DNA of 64,000 bases from a virus (Duplodnaviria > Caudoviricetes): the IMG/VR virus record IMGVR_UViG_3300025316_000016, positions 977 through 64,976 of that record, one strand, 5' to 3'. The translations under genes and the position numbers were made by a program. The notes beneath the pieces are model-generated. The model saw only the letters and a program-made list of their open reading frames with translations, made no database searches and was not told where the DNA came from. Shown here in pieces: positions 49,613 to 58,277 of this stretch (positions within the stretch are counted from its first letter, which is position 1; each line of letters starts with the position of its first letter).

Positions 49613-51463
49613 ATGGCAAAGATCAAAAAACCAAATACCGGATATTTGACACTAGTAACCCAAAAGTTTGCGGAAGAAAATGGAATAAATTTTGTTTATG
49701 TTTTATCACAAAGGGAGATAGACAACTTCTCTCGGATGAAAGGATCATTAGATCCAATCACTATGGCTAAGAAACTTGGTGGTAGCATAGGCACCCAGTT
49801 TAATGCAACCCATAGCGGAACTAGTAATGCGCAACACATTACAGAACACAAGGTTGGTAAGAAAAAAATAACATCTGCAAGTAAGAACCCAGGCATAAAC
49901 CCACTATATACAAAAATTTCATCTGTATCGGTAACCCCTGTTAGGAAGAATGACTCTATTGCTGATATTCTGTCTAAGATGTATAACTATATAAAACTCA
50001 ACCATGATCAGGAAATAAAGCGCAAGGAGTTGCAGCACAACTTTAAGAAAGGTGTATTGGATGATTCTAATCTGGAATTCTTGAAGTTATTAAAGAGTGC
50101 TAAGTCATATTCTTCGGCTGATGATAAAAAGGGTCATTCAGGCGATAATATTTTAGGTAATATGCTGGACTCTCTTTTGTCAACAGTGGAGTCTGTAATA
50201 GCTGGACTTGCTGCTGCCGCAATAGCATTAAAAGCAATAAAACCCCCTGCTGAGAAATTGTCAAAACAAAATAAGAGTAAATCAGCGACAGAAAAAGTAC
50301 CACCGGAAAAGATTCACGCGAAAGAAAAATCAAAAAAGACAGTTGGTTTGGTACCAAAAACCGGTACTGAAAAGGTTGATAAGCTAAAGACTGATGATGC
50401 TGCAAAGTTAAGAGCAAAGGATATTGATGAGAGAGCGAAAAAGTTACAGGCTGAACCGGAAACACCAGGAAAACCAGCTGCGCAGGAATATCATGCCAGA
50501 ACACCAACTCCGGAGAGCACAGCAACTAAAGTAACAGAAGTGCCACCAGAACCACCTAAAACGGCTAGTAAAGTTTCCGGTGCTGCTGGTAAAGTTATGC
50601 GTGGAGCAAATATCGCAGCAATAGCTGTCTACATATATCAAACGTGGGAAGAGGTTTCTGCGCTTGATCCTAAAGACTTTCCGAGCAAAGACGCATACCA
50701 TAAGAAAGTGGCATCGTTGATAGGTAAGGCATTTGTGGACTATGGTTTTGTCGCTGTTGTGTCAATCATCGGTGGTGCATTAGGTGGTCTTATTGGTGGA
50801 AAAAACATAAAAGGAAAGGTGTTGGGAGTTATTGTCGGTCTTGCTTCTGGTTTTGCTGCTGGAGTCTGGATATCCGAAGAGAGACAGAAGGAATACATAG
50901 AAAAGCTAACTGATTTGGTGGTTGATTTTTTTTGGGATATGGCTACGAGCACAGAAATTAGCTCACCAAAAGAGAAAGATTTTATTATGAAGGACCTCAA
51001 AGGACCTAATAACGAACAGTCTACATTAAACGATGATCTATTGGGGTATAGTGGACAAGACCAACAATTCCATGCATATAGTGATGACGAGATAAAACAG
51101 TCTAGGAATAGATACAAAGACACAATATCCGCAGAAGCGGCTACTAGGGGCGAACCAAATGCTGCTGGGTCTGGAGATAAATCTATCGCAGGATCTATTT
51201 CTGATAAATTTAATGATATAATAAACTCTAAGAGTTTGACTCAATTGAAGTTGGAAAAGGGTGGTCAACTAGCTAATTTGATAGATGAGTATTTAAGTGC
51301 TAAATCTACTCCAACAGGAAAAAATACTTCGTCATCAACAACAATTGACGCAACTAGCAAGTCAGCACCAATTAATAATGAAGCACCGGCTACAACTGGT
51401 GGTACTCGCCACGATGTCATGGGTCCGTATATATCTAGTGGTCTAGATAGAGTAACTGGCTAA
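49613..51463 (+). CDS. Tape-measure-like protein with hydrophobic Gly-rich helices
   Basis: Shares a roughly 60-aa domain with the upstream gene; VAVVSIIGGALGGLIGG and VLGVIVGLASGFAAG segments; follows gp26/gp51. Confidence 0.6.
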   Translation: MAKIKKPNTGYLTLVTQKFAEENGINFVYVLSQREIDNFSRMKGSLDPITMAKKLGGSIGTQFNATHSGTSNAQHITEHKVGKKKITSASKNPGINPLYTKISSVSVTPVRKNDSIADILSKMYNYIKLNHDQEIKRKELQHNFKKGVLDDSNLEFLKLLKSAKSYSSADDKKGHSGDNILGNMLDSLLSTVESVIAGLAAAAIALKAIKPPAEKLSKQNKSKSATEKVPPEKIHAKEKSKKTVGLVPKTGTEKVDKLKTDDAAKLRAKDIDERAKKLQAEPETPGKPAAQEYHARTPTPESTATKVTEVPPEPPKTASKVSGAAGKVMRGANIAAIAVYIYQTWEEVSALDPKDFPSKDAYHKKVASLIGKAFVDYGFVAVVSIIGGALGGLIGGKNIKGKVLGVIVGLASGFAAGVWISEERQKEYIEKLTDLVVDFFWDMATSTEISSPKEKDFIMKDLKGPNNEQSTLNDDLLGYSGQDQQFHAYSDDEIKQSRNRYKDTISAEAATRGEPNAAGSGDKSIAGSISDKFNDIINSKSLTQLKLEKGGQLANLIDEYLSAKSTPTGKNTSSSTTIDATSKSAPINNEAPATTGGTRHDVMGPYISSGLDRVTG

Positions 51464-51464
51464 T

Positions 51465-51491
51465 AAAGAAAAACCCTGCCGGAGCAGGGTT
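51465..51491 (-). terminator. Terminator hairpin between convergent transcription units
   Basis: AACCCTGC-TCCG-GCAGGGTT-TTCTTT on the minus strand. Confidence 0.85.
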
Positions 51492-51502
51492 AGTGTTACA
51501 TC

Positions 51503-52378
51503 TTAATCAGCATCAACAAGTGATTCGAAGTACGACATGTCGAAGTCTGATTCTTCTTCATGTGATTCATCAACCACCTTTGGTTTTGGTGCCATTCTTG
51601 ATTGTTCCATAGTGGTTCTTACTGTACCACCAATACCAAGAACTTTGTCCAGTCTAGCTTGAATTTCTTCAAACGTCTTGAATTCTTTATCATCAATAAG
51701 TGCGGCAATTGAATGTCCGACTAATCCAGTGAGTTTATCCATATCATCAAATATAGGTGATTGTGATTCAAACTCAGATCTATCATAGTTCTGATATCCC
51801 TCTACCTTACGAATCTTCAATTTGAAGTTTGCACCGGTATCAAGATTGAATGGGCTGAATGCAACTTCATCAGGAAATTCTGGTGCAATAGCAAGCTCAA
51901 TCTTATTGAATATTTTAGCACCATATCTAAACAAGAACACTTTACCGTTGTTCTCTGGGTGTTTAGGGTCATCAATCATGTAGATGTTTGAAACAAAACT
52001 CAATCTTCTTTTACGTGAACTAGCAACTTTTCTATTATCTGGAATCTCTGATTTCCACAACGCACTATTGCTTTCACAAACAGGACATTGTAGTCCTTTA
52101 GTAGTAAGACAATTGTCGATCAACCAACCACCAGGACCTTGAAATCCATGTGAGTAGATCTTTACCCAAGGATCAATAAGACCATCAGCACCATCAGCAT
52201 CGATTATTGGTAAGAATCTGAACGTAGCCATACCATTACCAGATTTATCTACATCGGGTTTCCAATAATTATCTTGAGAACCATTATCACCACCAGTGCT
52301 CTTAGCACTCATCTTTTCAAGTGATTTGGTCAAAAGTGCTAAATCATTGTTGTTACGTTTTATATTTGAAAAACTCAT
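51503..52378 (-). CDS. gp32: Single-stranded DNA-binding protein
   Basis: WKPDVDKSGNG.A..RFLP, HGFQGPGGW.I.NCLTT...CPVCE, GANFKLKIRKVEGYQNYD.SEF. Confidence 0.98.
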   Translation of the reverse strand: MSFSNIKRNNNDLALLTKSLEKMSAKSTGGDNGSQDNYWKPDVDKSGNGMATFRFLPIIDADGADGLIDPWVKIYSHGFQGPGGWLIDNCLTTKGLQCPVCESNSALWKSEIPDNRKVASSRKRRLSFVSNIYMIDDPKHPENNGKVFLFRYGAKIFNKIELAIAPEFPDEVAFSPFNLDTGANFKLKIRKVEGYQNYDRSEFESQSPIFDDMDKLTGLVGHSIAALIDDKEFKTFEEIQARLDKVLGIGGTVRTTMEQSRMAPKPKVVDESHEEESDFDMSYFESLVDAD

Positions 52379-52433
52379 TTTATTTCCTTCGGTTGTATTT
52401 TCGGATTTATTTCAGATTTACTTCGGTTGTATT
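52379..52433 (-). promoter_or_regulatory. Repetitive A-rich leader, probable gp32 autogenous translational operator
   Basis: Four related units (AATACAACCGAA x2, TAAATCYGAA x2) directly before the gp32 start. Confidence 0.65.
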
Positions 52434-52680
52434 ATTTACTCATTACTTTCTTGAACATATTATCTAATTTTGCATTAGTTTCTTGGGCATATTTTGCTGC
52501 CAAAGTTGCTGATGCTTCTGCTGATTTAGCTTTAGATAATGCATTCTTTACATCTTCTGCTACTTGTGTAACAGTCATATTTAGTGCAGTAATTTGCAAC
52601 TGAACATTTTCGACATCACTATTAGTAGCACAGCCACTTACTAATGCTGCCACTACCATTGCTAACATAATTTTCTTCAT
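52432..52680 (-). CDS. Lpp/OprI-family alanine-zipper outer-membrane lipoprotein
   Basis: Signal peptide with lipobox VSG-C; Ala-zipper; C-terminal TNAKLDNMFKKVMSK. Confidence 0.85.
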   Translation of the reverse strand: MKKIMLAMVVAALVSGCATNSDVENVQLQITALNMTVTQVAEDVKNALSKAKSAEASATLAAKYAQETNAKLDNMFKKVMSK

Positions 52681-52695
52681 TTTGATTTTCCTTGG

Positions 52696-53187
52696 TTAAA
52701 TATACATTTTTAAAATAGAGAGTGTTTCTGGTATCGTATGATGCCATATCGCAATTCCTCCAGCATTGCGCCAATCCTCAATGACAGATAATGTGTCATC
52801 GATAATGATTGAATCCGGTGTTGCAAACTTGTACTTGAATCGCTTTCCAGGAACAAAGTTTTGCTTAAATGTTATGTTGTGAGTATCAAGCCATATCCTC
52901 TTCTGCTCAGATATTGACTCATAGCTATCTTGTCTACCTGTAGATGAAAGAATCTCGGTAGGTATTGGTAGAGTTTTAAGAAAATTAACAAGAACCATTG
53001 CGTCAGGCATTAAATCTAGTGTAGCGAATTCTTGATTGGCAATAAATTCTTTGAATTGAACATCAAACTTCTTGTGCTTCTCTGCTTCTCTCGGTTCCAT
53101 ATGATATAACTCTTTGTATCTCTTAGAGAAATCTGCCACCACACCATCTAAATCAAGATATATCTTACTAATTGTTGGTTTATTCAT
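52696..53187 (-). CDS. HAD-family 5'(3')-deoxyribonucleotidase-like protein
   Basis: IYLDLDGVVADF, ILSSTG, K..W, IIIDD...W..AGG.AI.H. Confidence 0.88.
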   Translation of the reverse strand: MNKPTISKIYLDLDGVVADFSKRYKELYHMEPREAEKHKKFDVQFKEFIANQEFATLDLMPDAMVLVNFLKTLPIPTEILSSTGRQDSYESISEQKRIWLDTHNITFKQNFVPGKRFKYKFATPDSIIIDDTLSVIEDWRNAGGIAIWHHTIPETLSILKMYI

Positions 53188-53792
53188 TATGTTCTCATGT
53201 GTTTAAGTAGGATCTGTCTACATTTAATTTCATCGAATCTCATTAGCGGTAGATATTTAGTGCACTTCATATAATATTGTGGCCAGATTATGTCATCATC
53301 TATCTTATTGTTCCACATTGGGAAGAAGTTCATAAAATACTGTAATATTACCATAGTTTCTAACGCTATTCTACTGCCCATTGCTTCTACTAAGAGTATT
53401 GGAAATCTACCTTCATGAACAACTAGCATATCGTTAGGATTATCCACAGAATTGATTAGGTCAATTATATCATTTTCGAATACATATGTCAAACTTTGCT
53501 TAGTCTTTAGCCATCTTCTATAGTTGTCTTCACCTATGTAACTAGCCAAATCACCTATCCATAAACTAGTATCCACCAATAGATTGGCGAGTATAAAGTC
53601 TCTCACTTCGGTGATACTATACTTACTAGCTAACCTATGGAAATATACCTGATCATTTCTGAGTATAAATGTTTCCGGTTTAACCGTGGCCATGCCAATT
53701 GTCTTATTGAAGTCAAAATGCATGGTAGTTAGGTGAAGTTTTATTGCTTGGAATACCCGAAACGTTATATACGCGGTATTCTTTTTAATCAT
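53187..53792 (-). CDS. gp59: Helicase loader
   Basis: AIKLHLT...FDF.K, F.RLA.KY, W.K..QSL.Y.F..D, I.LET..IL; synteny with gp32 and gp33. Confidence 0.85.
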   Translation of the reverse strand: MIKKNTAYITFRVFQAIKLHLTTMHFDFNKTIGMATVKPETFILRNDQVYFHRLASKYSITEVRDFILANLLVDTSLWIGDLASYIGEDNYRRWLKTKQSLTYVFENDIIDLINSVDNPNDMLVVHEGRFPILLVEAMGSRIALETMVILQYFMNFFPMWNNKIDDDIIWPQYYMKCTKYLPLMRFDEIKCRQILLKHMRT

Positions 53793-54006
53793 ATAGGCTA
53801 GATTCTTTCCTAATAAGATTCACATCAACACATTGAACTCTAATCTTCTCCTTTAGTGCTGAAGATATTAGATCAGACGCAGTATCATATTCTAATTTGG
53901 ATTCTTCGCAATAGTGCACGATAGCATCAAGAATATCAATACGTTCATTGTCCGCAAATTGCTCGATCATTCTTGAGAAGGATAGTATCTCGTCTTCATT
54001 TGGCAT
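53785..54006 (-). CDS. gp33: Late transcription coactivator
   Basis: FSRMIE...LDAIVHYCEE..LE......LIS..LKEKI. Confidence 0.9.
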   Translation of the reverse strand: MPNEDEILSFSRMIEQFADNERIDILDAIVHYCEESKLEYDTASDLISSALKEKIRVQCVDVNLIRKESSLYD

Positions 54007-54172
54007 GTTTATATTCCTGTATAGTTTTCAAAAACTCATCGATATTTTCTTTCTCGATAAATAGTACATTATGTGAGACAGTAGGTAATCCCATTGGCAT
54101 ATTAGGAAAGTCTAATCGATCTTCCTGCAATACTTTGATACCCCCATTTATCCATTCTACTATAGAAAACAT
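53996..54172 (-). CDS. Small hypothetical protein (58 aa)
   Basis: Not in the track. MFSIVEWINGGIKVLQEDRLDFPNMPMG...; fills the gap between the SleB-like gene and gp33. Confidence 0.55.
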   Translation of the reverse strand: MFSIVEWINGGIKVLQEDRLDFPNMPMGLPTVSHNVLFIEKENIDEFLKTIQEYKHAK

Positions 54173-54174
54173 AA

Positions 54175-54675
54175 TTATGCAACATTAAGTGATTTGTAGA
54201 AGAAATGATTGCCTATCTTGACGCTACCTTTCTTGTGCTTCTTATCCACGAATGAATCAAACGAATCTCTATCACCAATAAAATTCCTATACTGACCAAG
54301 CATGATATTCTTTGCTAGTGTATGAAATTCTTGTAGTTCTTCGGCAGGTATACGTTTCTGTGTATATTGTTGCTTTACTACATTACATGGTGGTTGGTGC
54401 AATATCCTTAATGATCTGTTCATAATAGTTATACCAACAGCTGCCTTACCTGCTAGTGGTTCGCCCCTACTTTCGGAGTAGATGGTCTCAGCGACACAGG
54501 ATATCTGTTTTCGGTCTAAAATTATATCGGAATGTCTTGATATAATAGTTCTGTGTATTATTATATCGGTATTCTTAGTTGATATAATGCGTACTTTGTT
54601 TGTTTCTGCATTCGCCACCATTGACAAACACATGACTAATAAGAGCATCGATTTAATTGATTTATTTGCTCGCAT
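54175..54675 (-). CDS. SleB-like cell wall hydrolase (Hydrolase_2), signal peptide
   Basis: CVAETIYSESRGEP..GK.AV...IMNR, C.VV.Q, KIGNHFFY. Confidence 0.85.
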   Translation of the reverse strand: MRANKSIKSMLLLVMCLSMVANAETNKVRIISTKNTDIIIHRTIISRHSDIILDRKQISCVAETIYSESRGEPLAGKAAVGITIMNRSLRILHQPPCNVVKQQYTQKRIPAEELQEFHTLAKNIMLGQYRNFIGDRDSFDSFVDKKHKKGSVKIGNHFFYKSLNVA

Positions 54676-54825
54676 AGTTTTCTCCTATTTCTTCAGTTGC
54701 CATGATGTAAAACGACATCATAGTTTCCCTAGTTCTTCGGTTAGACTTTGTGATTTTGAACTTTTGAACGGGATTGGTACTTCAGTTATCTTATAAGCTT
54801 TCCTCTTTGTTAAAAATATAGGTAC

Positions 54826-54853
54826 ATTATATCACAAATGTACCTACTGTCAA
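54826..54853 (-). promoter_or_regulatory. Sigma70-consensus promoter with overlapping inverted repeat
   Basis: TTGACA-16 bp-TATAAT with extended TGn; 10-bp inverted repeat TAGGTACATT/AATGTACCTA at 54819-54846. Confidence 0.75.
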
Positions 54854-54855
54854 GT

Positions 54856-55572
54856 TTATTGAACTAATCCAAACTTCATGTGCGTAGCTTCTTCAACAGC
54901 AGAAACCTGTACTTCGTATTTTGGAAGATCTTTGACTGGTAATGCTGTATTAGGCATCAACCAAGCGTGTATTTTGTTACTCTTCTTTTCGATAACTATT
55001 TTATATAGTCGTGTAGGAATACCCAAACCATTTCCTGTTATGGGATGTCCCTCATCGTAAATACCACCAGATATGATGTAATAATCAGTGCCAACAGTTG
55101 ATGCCAATTGGCGTTCATACGTCTCTAGTTGTTTCCAAATCCCACGATTATTTCCTGACACCTGTGCTACCATATTACTAAGATTAAAACTCTCACTCAT
55201 GATGCCAGCATTTAGGGTGTTATTTCCTGCTGGTGCCATATGACCACGATCGTGTGTTTTACCAACAGTGGCATAATCAGCTAATGTGGCAGAACATTCC
55301 GGTGCAATCAATGCGTCTTGGTGGAAATTGTCCTTACGCTTTGCAGGACCAGTCATCTCTGCAATGGTCAAGTGTTCGAACACAGCCACTGGTGCCTTAA
55401 CAGAACATTTATGAATCACCGCATAATTCAGGTGACAAAGTTCTTGATCACCCGATTGTGCTTGATATGTTGGGGTACCATTAGCAGTGAATTGTGGGCA
55501 GTTATCATCAATTTGACCGGCATATACATGTGATGATAATAACAATGTACATACTAATAATAATTTACTCAT
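54856..55572 (-). CDS. DNA/RNA non-specific endonuclease (DRGH family) with signal peptide
   Basis: HDRGHMAPAG, ESFNLSNMVAQ...NNRGIWKQLE, IPTRLYKIV. Confidence 0.92.
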   Translation of the reverse strand: MSKLLLVCTLLLSSHVYAGQIDDNCPQFTANGTPTYQAQSGDQELCHLNYAVIHKCSVKAPVAVFEHLTIAEMTGPAKRKDNFHQDALIAPECSATLADYATVGKTHDRGHMAPAGNNTLNAGIMSESFNLSNMVAQVSGNNRGIWKQLETYERQLASTVGTDYYIISGGIYDEGHPITGNGLGIPTRLYKIVIEKKSNKIHAWLMPNTALPVKDLPKYEVQVSAVEEATHMKFGLVQ

Positions 55573-56171
55573 CTAAATTCCTTTGCTCCTGGTATACGAC
55601 TCAACTCACGATTAGTGTATCTTTTACCTGTGACAGTACGAGCATTGGCATCCTTAACTAATCCGGCCGCATGTTTCACTAATGCTTTGTGGTAGTTATG
55701 TGCAGCTGCTATGTGCGCGTGTGCAGCAAGTGCTTGCTTCATTTCTTTTCTTGCTTTATGTGCTGACCAGAAGGTGTGGTCTGGACTATCTAACTCAGCT
55801 TGTGCTGCCTTAACTCTTTCCGCTGCCGGAGCAAGTTTTTCTTTAGAAGATGCTGCCAGAGATTTAGTGCGGTCATGGTAATGTTGCATTTTTGTGGCAA
55901 TGTTCTTTGCGTGTTGATGCTTAGAGAATATACCACCAATACTAGCACCGAGACTAACACCATACTTCTCTTGTACAAGAACAAATTCTAATAATGTTTC
56001 ATTAAAATCTTCTTCTGTAGCCGACTCTATTAATGTTGAGTATTGTTCATTAACTGCTGTATACAGGTCATCAATAAACTTCTGATCAAGCATAGATGCA
56101 TCTTCATAGAATATGTCGATGGTGTCTATGATCAATTGTTCGTATAAATCGAAATCTAAATCGGTATTCAT
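55569..56171 (-). CDS. Hypothetical protein: acidic N-terminus, basic His/Ala-rich C-terminus
   Basis: Sharp charge switch near residue 68; second gene behind a late promoter. Confidence 0.7.
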   Translation of the reverse strand: MNTDLDFDLYEQLIIDTIDIFYEDASMLDQKFIDDLYTAVNEQYSTLIESATEEDFNETLLEFVLVQEKYGVSLGASIGGIFSKHQHAKNIATKMQHYHDRTKSLAASSKEKLAPAAERVKAAQAELDSPDHTFWSAHKARKEMKQALAAHAHIAAAHNYHKALVKHAAGLVKDANARTVTGKRYTNRELSRIPGAKEFR

Positions 56172-56887
56172 TAGATTGAACCGGCAACTCTACCAGCAAC
56201 AGACGCTAGTTTGTGTGCACCAGAAGTGACTTTAGTTTTGATCTTATCTTTCAGTGCTGAAATGTGTGAATCAATTTTACTAGCAAGATCTTTAGTGTGT
56301 TGATGATGTGTATCAAGTGCAGTTTTAGTATTTCTTTGGTGTGCCTGTAAATGGCCAGTTAATTCTTGTGCTGCTTTATGTTTAGATATTAGAGTATCTA
56401 ATTTTGATTGTTGGTAAGTGCCTTTCAATCCACTAGCTTTTACTTTAGTATTCTTAGCAGAGTATTCTTTACCTGTAAATTTTCTAGCCACAGAAGATTT
56501 CTTTCTACCAATGCTTTTTTGTTTATCACTGGCAGAAGAAGCAGCTTTACCAGCTTTAATGTTCTTGCGTTTTGCGATATAGTTTTTGTAACCATGTGCA
56601 GCACCAGCAACAAATGAACCGAGAGATTCATCTAGCATCATAGTAATCATTTCTTCGTATAATGCTTCGTTGGCATCAACACCGGTCAATGCTTGGTATG
56701 CTGATTCTTTTAGTGTTAGGTGCTTATAGTTCTCTACGAAATGTTCCATGAAGATTGACGTGATATACGCATCTTCATCGGTCATTTCATATTCTTCGTT
56801 CATGTCATAGTATTCATCAGCAACGGCCTCGACCAATGACATGAATAAATCTTCAGAGTGTAATTTTTGTTCTTCGGTTAAGTACAT
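56171..56887 (-). CDS. Hypothetical protein: acidic N-terminus, Lys/His-rich C-terminus
   Basis: Charge switch at MLDE-SLG; late promoter upstream. Confidence 0.7.
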   Translation of the reverse strand: MYLTEEQKLHSEDLFMSLVEAVADEYYDMNEEYEMTDEDAYITSIFMEHFVENYKHLTLKESAYQALTGVDANEALYEEMITMMLDESLGSFVAGAAHGYKNYIAKRKNIKAGKAASSASDKQKSIGRKKSSVARKFTGKEYSAKNTKVKASGLKGTYQQSKLDTLISKHKAAQELTGHLQAHQRNTKTALDTHHQHTKDLASKIDSHISALKDKIKTKVTSGAHKLASVAGRVAGSI

Positions 56888-56916
56888 AGCGGTTCCTATT
56901 ATTGTGTGGTATTAAG

Positions 56917-56924
56917 TATTTATA
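56917..56924 (-). promoter_or_regulatory. T4-type late promoter TATAAATA
   Basis: Exact match overlapping the phoH stop codon. Confidence 0.8.
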
Positions 56925-57690
56925 ACCCCAAATCTTCACACGTAATGATGAATGATTTGACGAATTTTGATCTAACTATATCGGCGGTATCGAATTGTAT
57001 TAATGTAAACTCGTTCATGGCATTAGCAACAGATAACATAGAATTAAACCCAGTAGAATCATTTCTAGTTTTTAGCAAATCTGTCTGAGAATAATCACCA
57101 CAAAGGATTATTTTAGTATTTTTTCCTAATCGTGTCATAATGGTTTTAATTTCCGCCCAATTAGCATTCTGGATTTCATCAAATATTATTATACTATTAT
57201 CGAATGTTGTGCCTCTAAGAAAGCTTGAGCTGACGAATTCTATGTGGTTTTGTTCGACCAATCGGGAATATGCATCCTTACGATTAAATAATTCTGCACA
57301 CAATTTCATATAAGGGTCACTATATACTGCCAGTTTTTCATCGGCATCACCCGGAAGATATCCCAATTCCCTTGTTGGGACACATGTCCTTATGATAACA
57401 ACTTTTTGAAAACTATTGCCTTTGTCTAAAACCTGTTCTAGTGCTCGATAAAGTGATATTGCGGTCTTACCTGTTCCGGCAGAACCGTACAACATAATAG
57501 CTTCATCTTCATTGGCGTATGCCTCGAAGAATAATTTCTGGTTCTTTGTTAATGGTTTAAATGTTTTTAAATCCTCTATTCGTAACTTGAGTCTATTTGA
57601 TGGTGGTGCTGATCGGTCATTACTTGCTTGGTATTTTGATAAATCTTCAAAATGTGTGTCCACTAGTCGAGATGCCGGTTTACGAGCCAT
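56920..57690 (-). CDS. phoH: PhoH-like ATPase
   Basis: GSAGTGKT, ELGYLPG, SFLRGTTF, IIFDEIQN, TRLG, GDYSQTDL, DIVRS; probable start MARK at 57690. Confidence 0.95.
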   Translation of the reverse strand: MARKPASRLVDTHFEDLSKYQASNDRSAPPSNRLKLRIEDLKTFKPLTKNQKLFFEAYANEDEAIMLYGSAGTGKTAISLYRALEQVLDKGNSFQKVVIIRTCVPTRELGYLPGDADEKLAVYSDPYMKLCAELFNRKDAYSRLVEQNHIEFVSSSFLRGTTFDNSIIIFDEIQNANWAEIKTIMTRLGKNTKIILCGDYSQTDLLKTRNDSTGFNSMLSVANAMNEFTLIQFDTADIVRSKFVKSFIITCEDLGL

Positions 57691-57816
57691 AATTTTCCTT
57701 GTTAGTTTGGGGGAATGTGCCAGAACATTTTCCAGCACTAATTATATATGAGTTTCCTATTTTGGTTAATATTTTCTCCATAGCTAGTTTTTGTGTGTTA
57801 TAAATCAATAACTTAG

Positions 57817-58098
57817 CTACCATTCTCTAGGACATATCGTTTTGTGTCCGGACTTCATAGTATTTTCGCCTACCCTCTCCATCATAGGTCGCACAACGTA
57901 TTTTTCAAATGACGAATCTGCCTTTTTAGTTCCTGGCACACTCATTCTCATAGCATCAGAAAGTACTGGCAAATGTGCAGCACCAAAATACATTTCTAGA
58001 TCAGGGTTAGCTGCTTTGAATTCCTCTAGTTTAGTATAAGACATAGAGTATTCTTTCACTTCACCAGTAACTTTGTTCATAAAATCGTAGTCGCTCAT
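57817..58098 (-). CDS. Conserved small protein (FmdB-like N-terminus, no CxxC)
   Basis: YDFMNKVTGEV...LEEFKAANPDLE; lies upstream of phoH. Confidence 0.7.
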   Translation of the reverse strand: MSDYDFMNKVTGEVKEYSMSYTKLEEFKAANPDLEMYFGAAHLPVLSDAMRMSVPGTKKADSSFEKYVVRPMMERVGENTMKSGHKTICPREW

Positions 58099-58268
58099 TG
58101 TATATCCTCATAAAACACATCATTTAAAATATTTTCGATAATTGTCGGCATTCTTGGTGCTCTTTCTAAAGTTGGATTATCTATCAAAAATTGATCGTAA
58201 TCTTTATTAGGTAGTCTAACCCATATGCTCTCGTTGGTCTCCTTGTTCATGTACTCATATCGAGGCAC
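58095..58268 (-). CDS. Small paralog of 57817-58098 (57 aa, GTG start)
   Basis: Not in the track. MPRYEYMNKETNESIWVRLPNKDYDQFLIDNPTLER...; AGGA SD; ATGA overlap downstream. Confidence 0.65.
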   Translation of the reverse strand: MPRYEYMNKETNESIWVRLPNKDYDQFLIDNPTLERAPRMPTIIENILNDVFYEDIQ

Positions 58269-58277
58269 AATATATTC

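Noticed and set aside
54676-54815. Riboswitch or tmRNA in the leader of the SleB-like gene
   Set aside because: GGAAAC/GGCAAC around a hairpin is suggestive, but the other conserved elements of c-di-GMP or c-di-AMP riboswitches and a tmRNA tag were not found.
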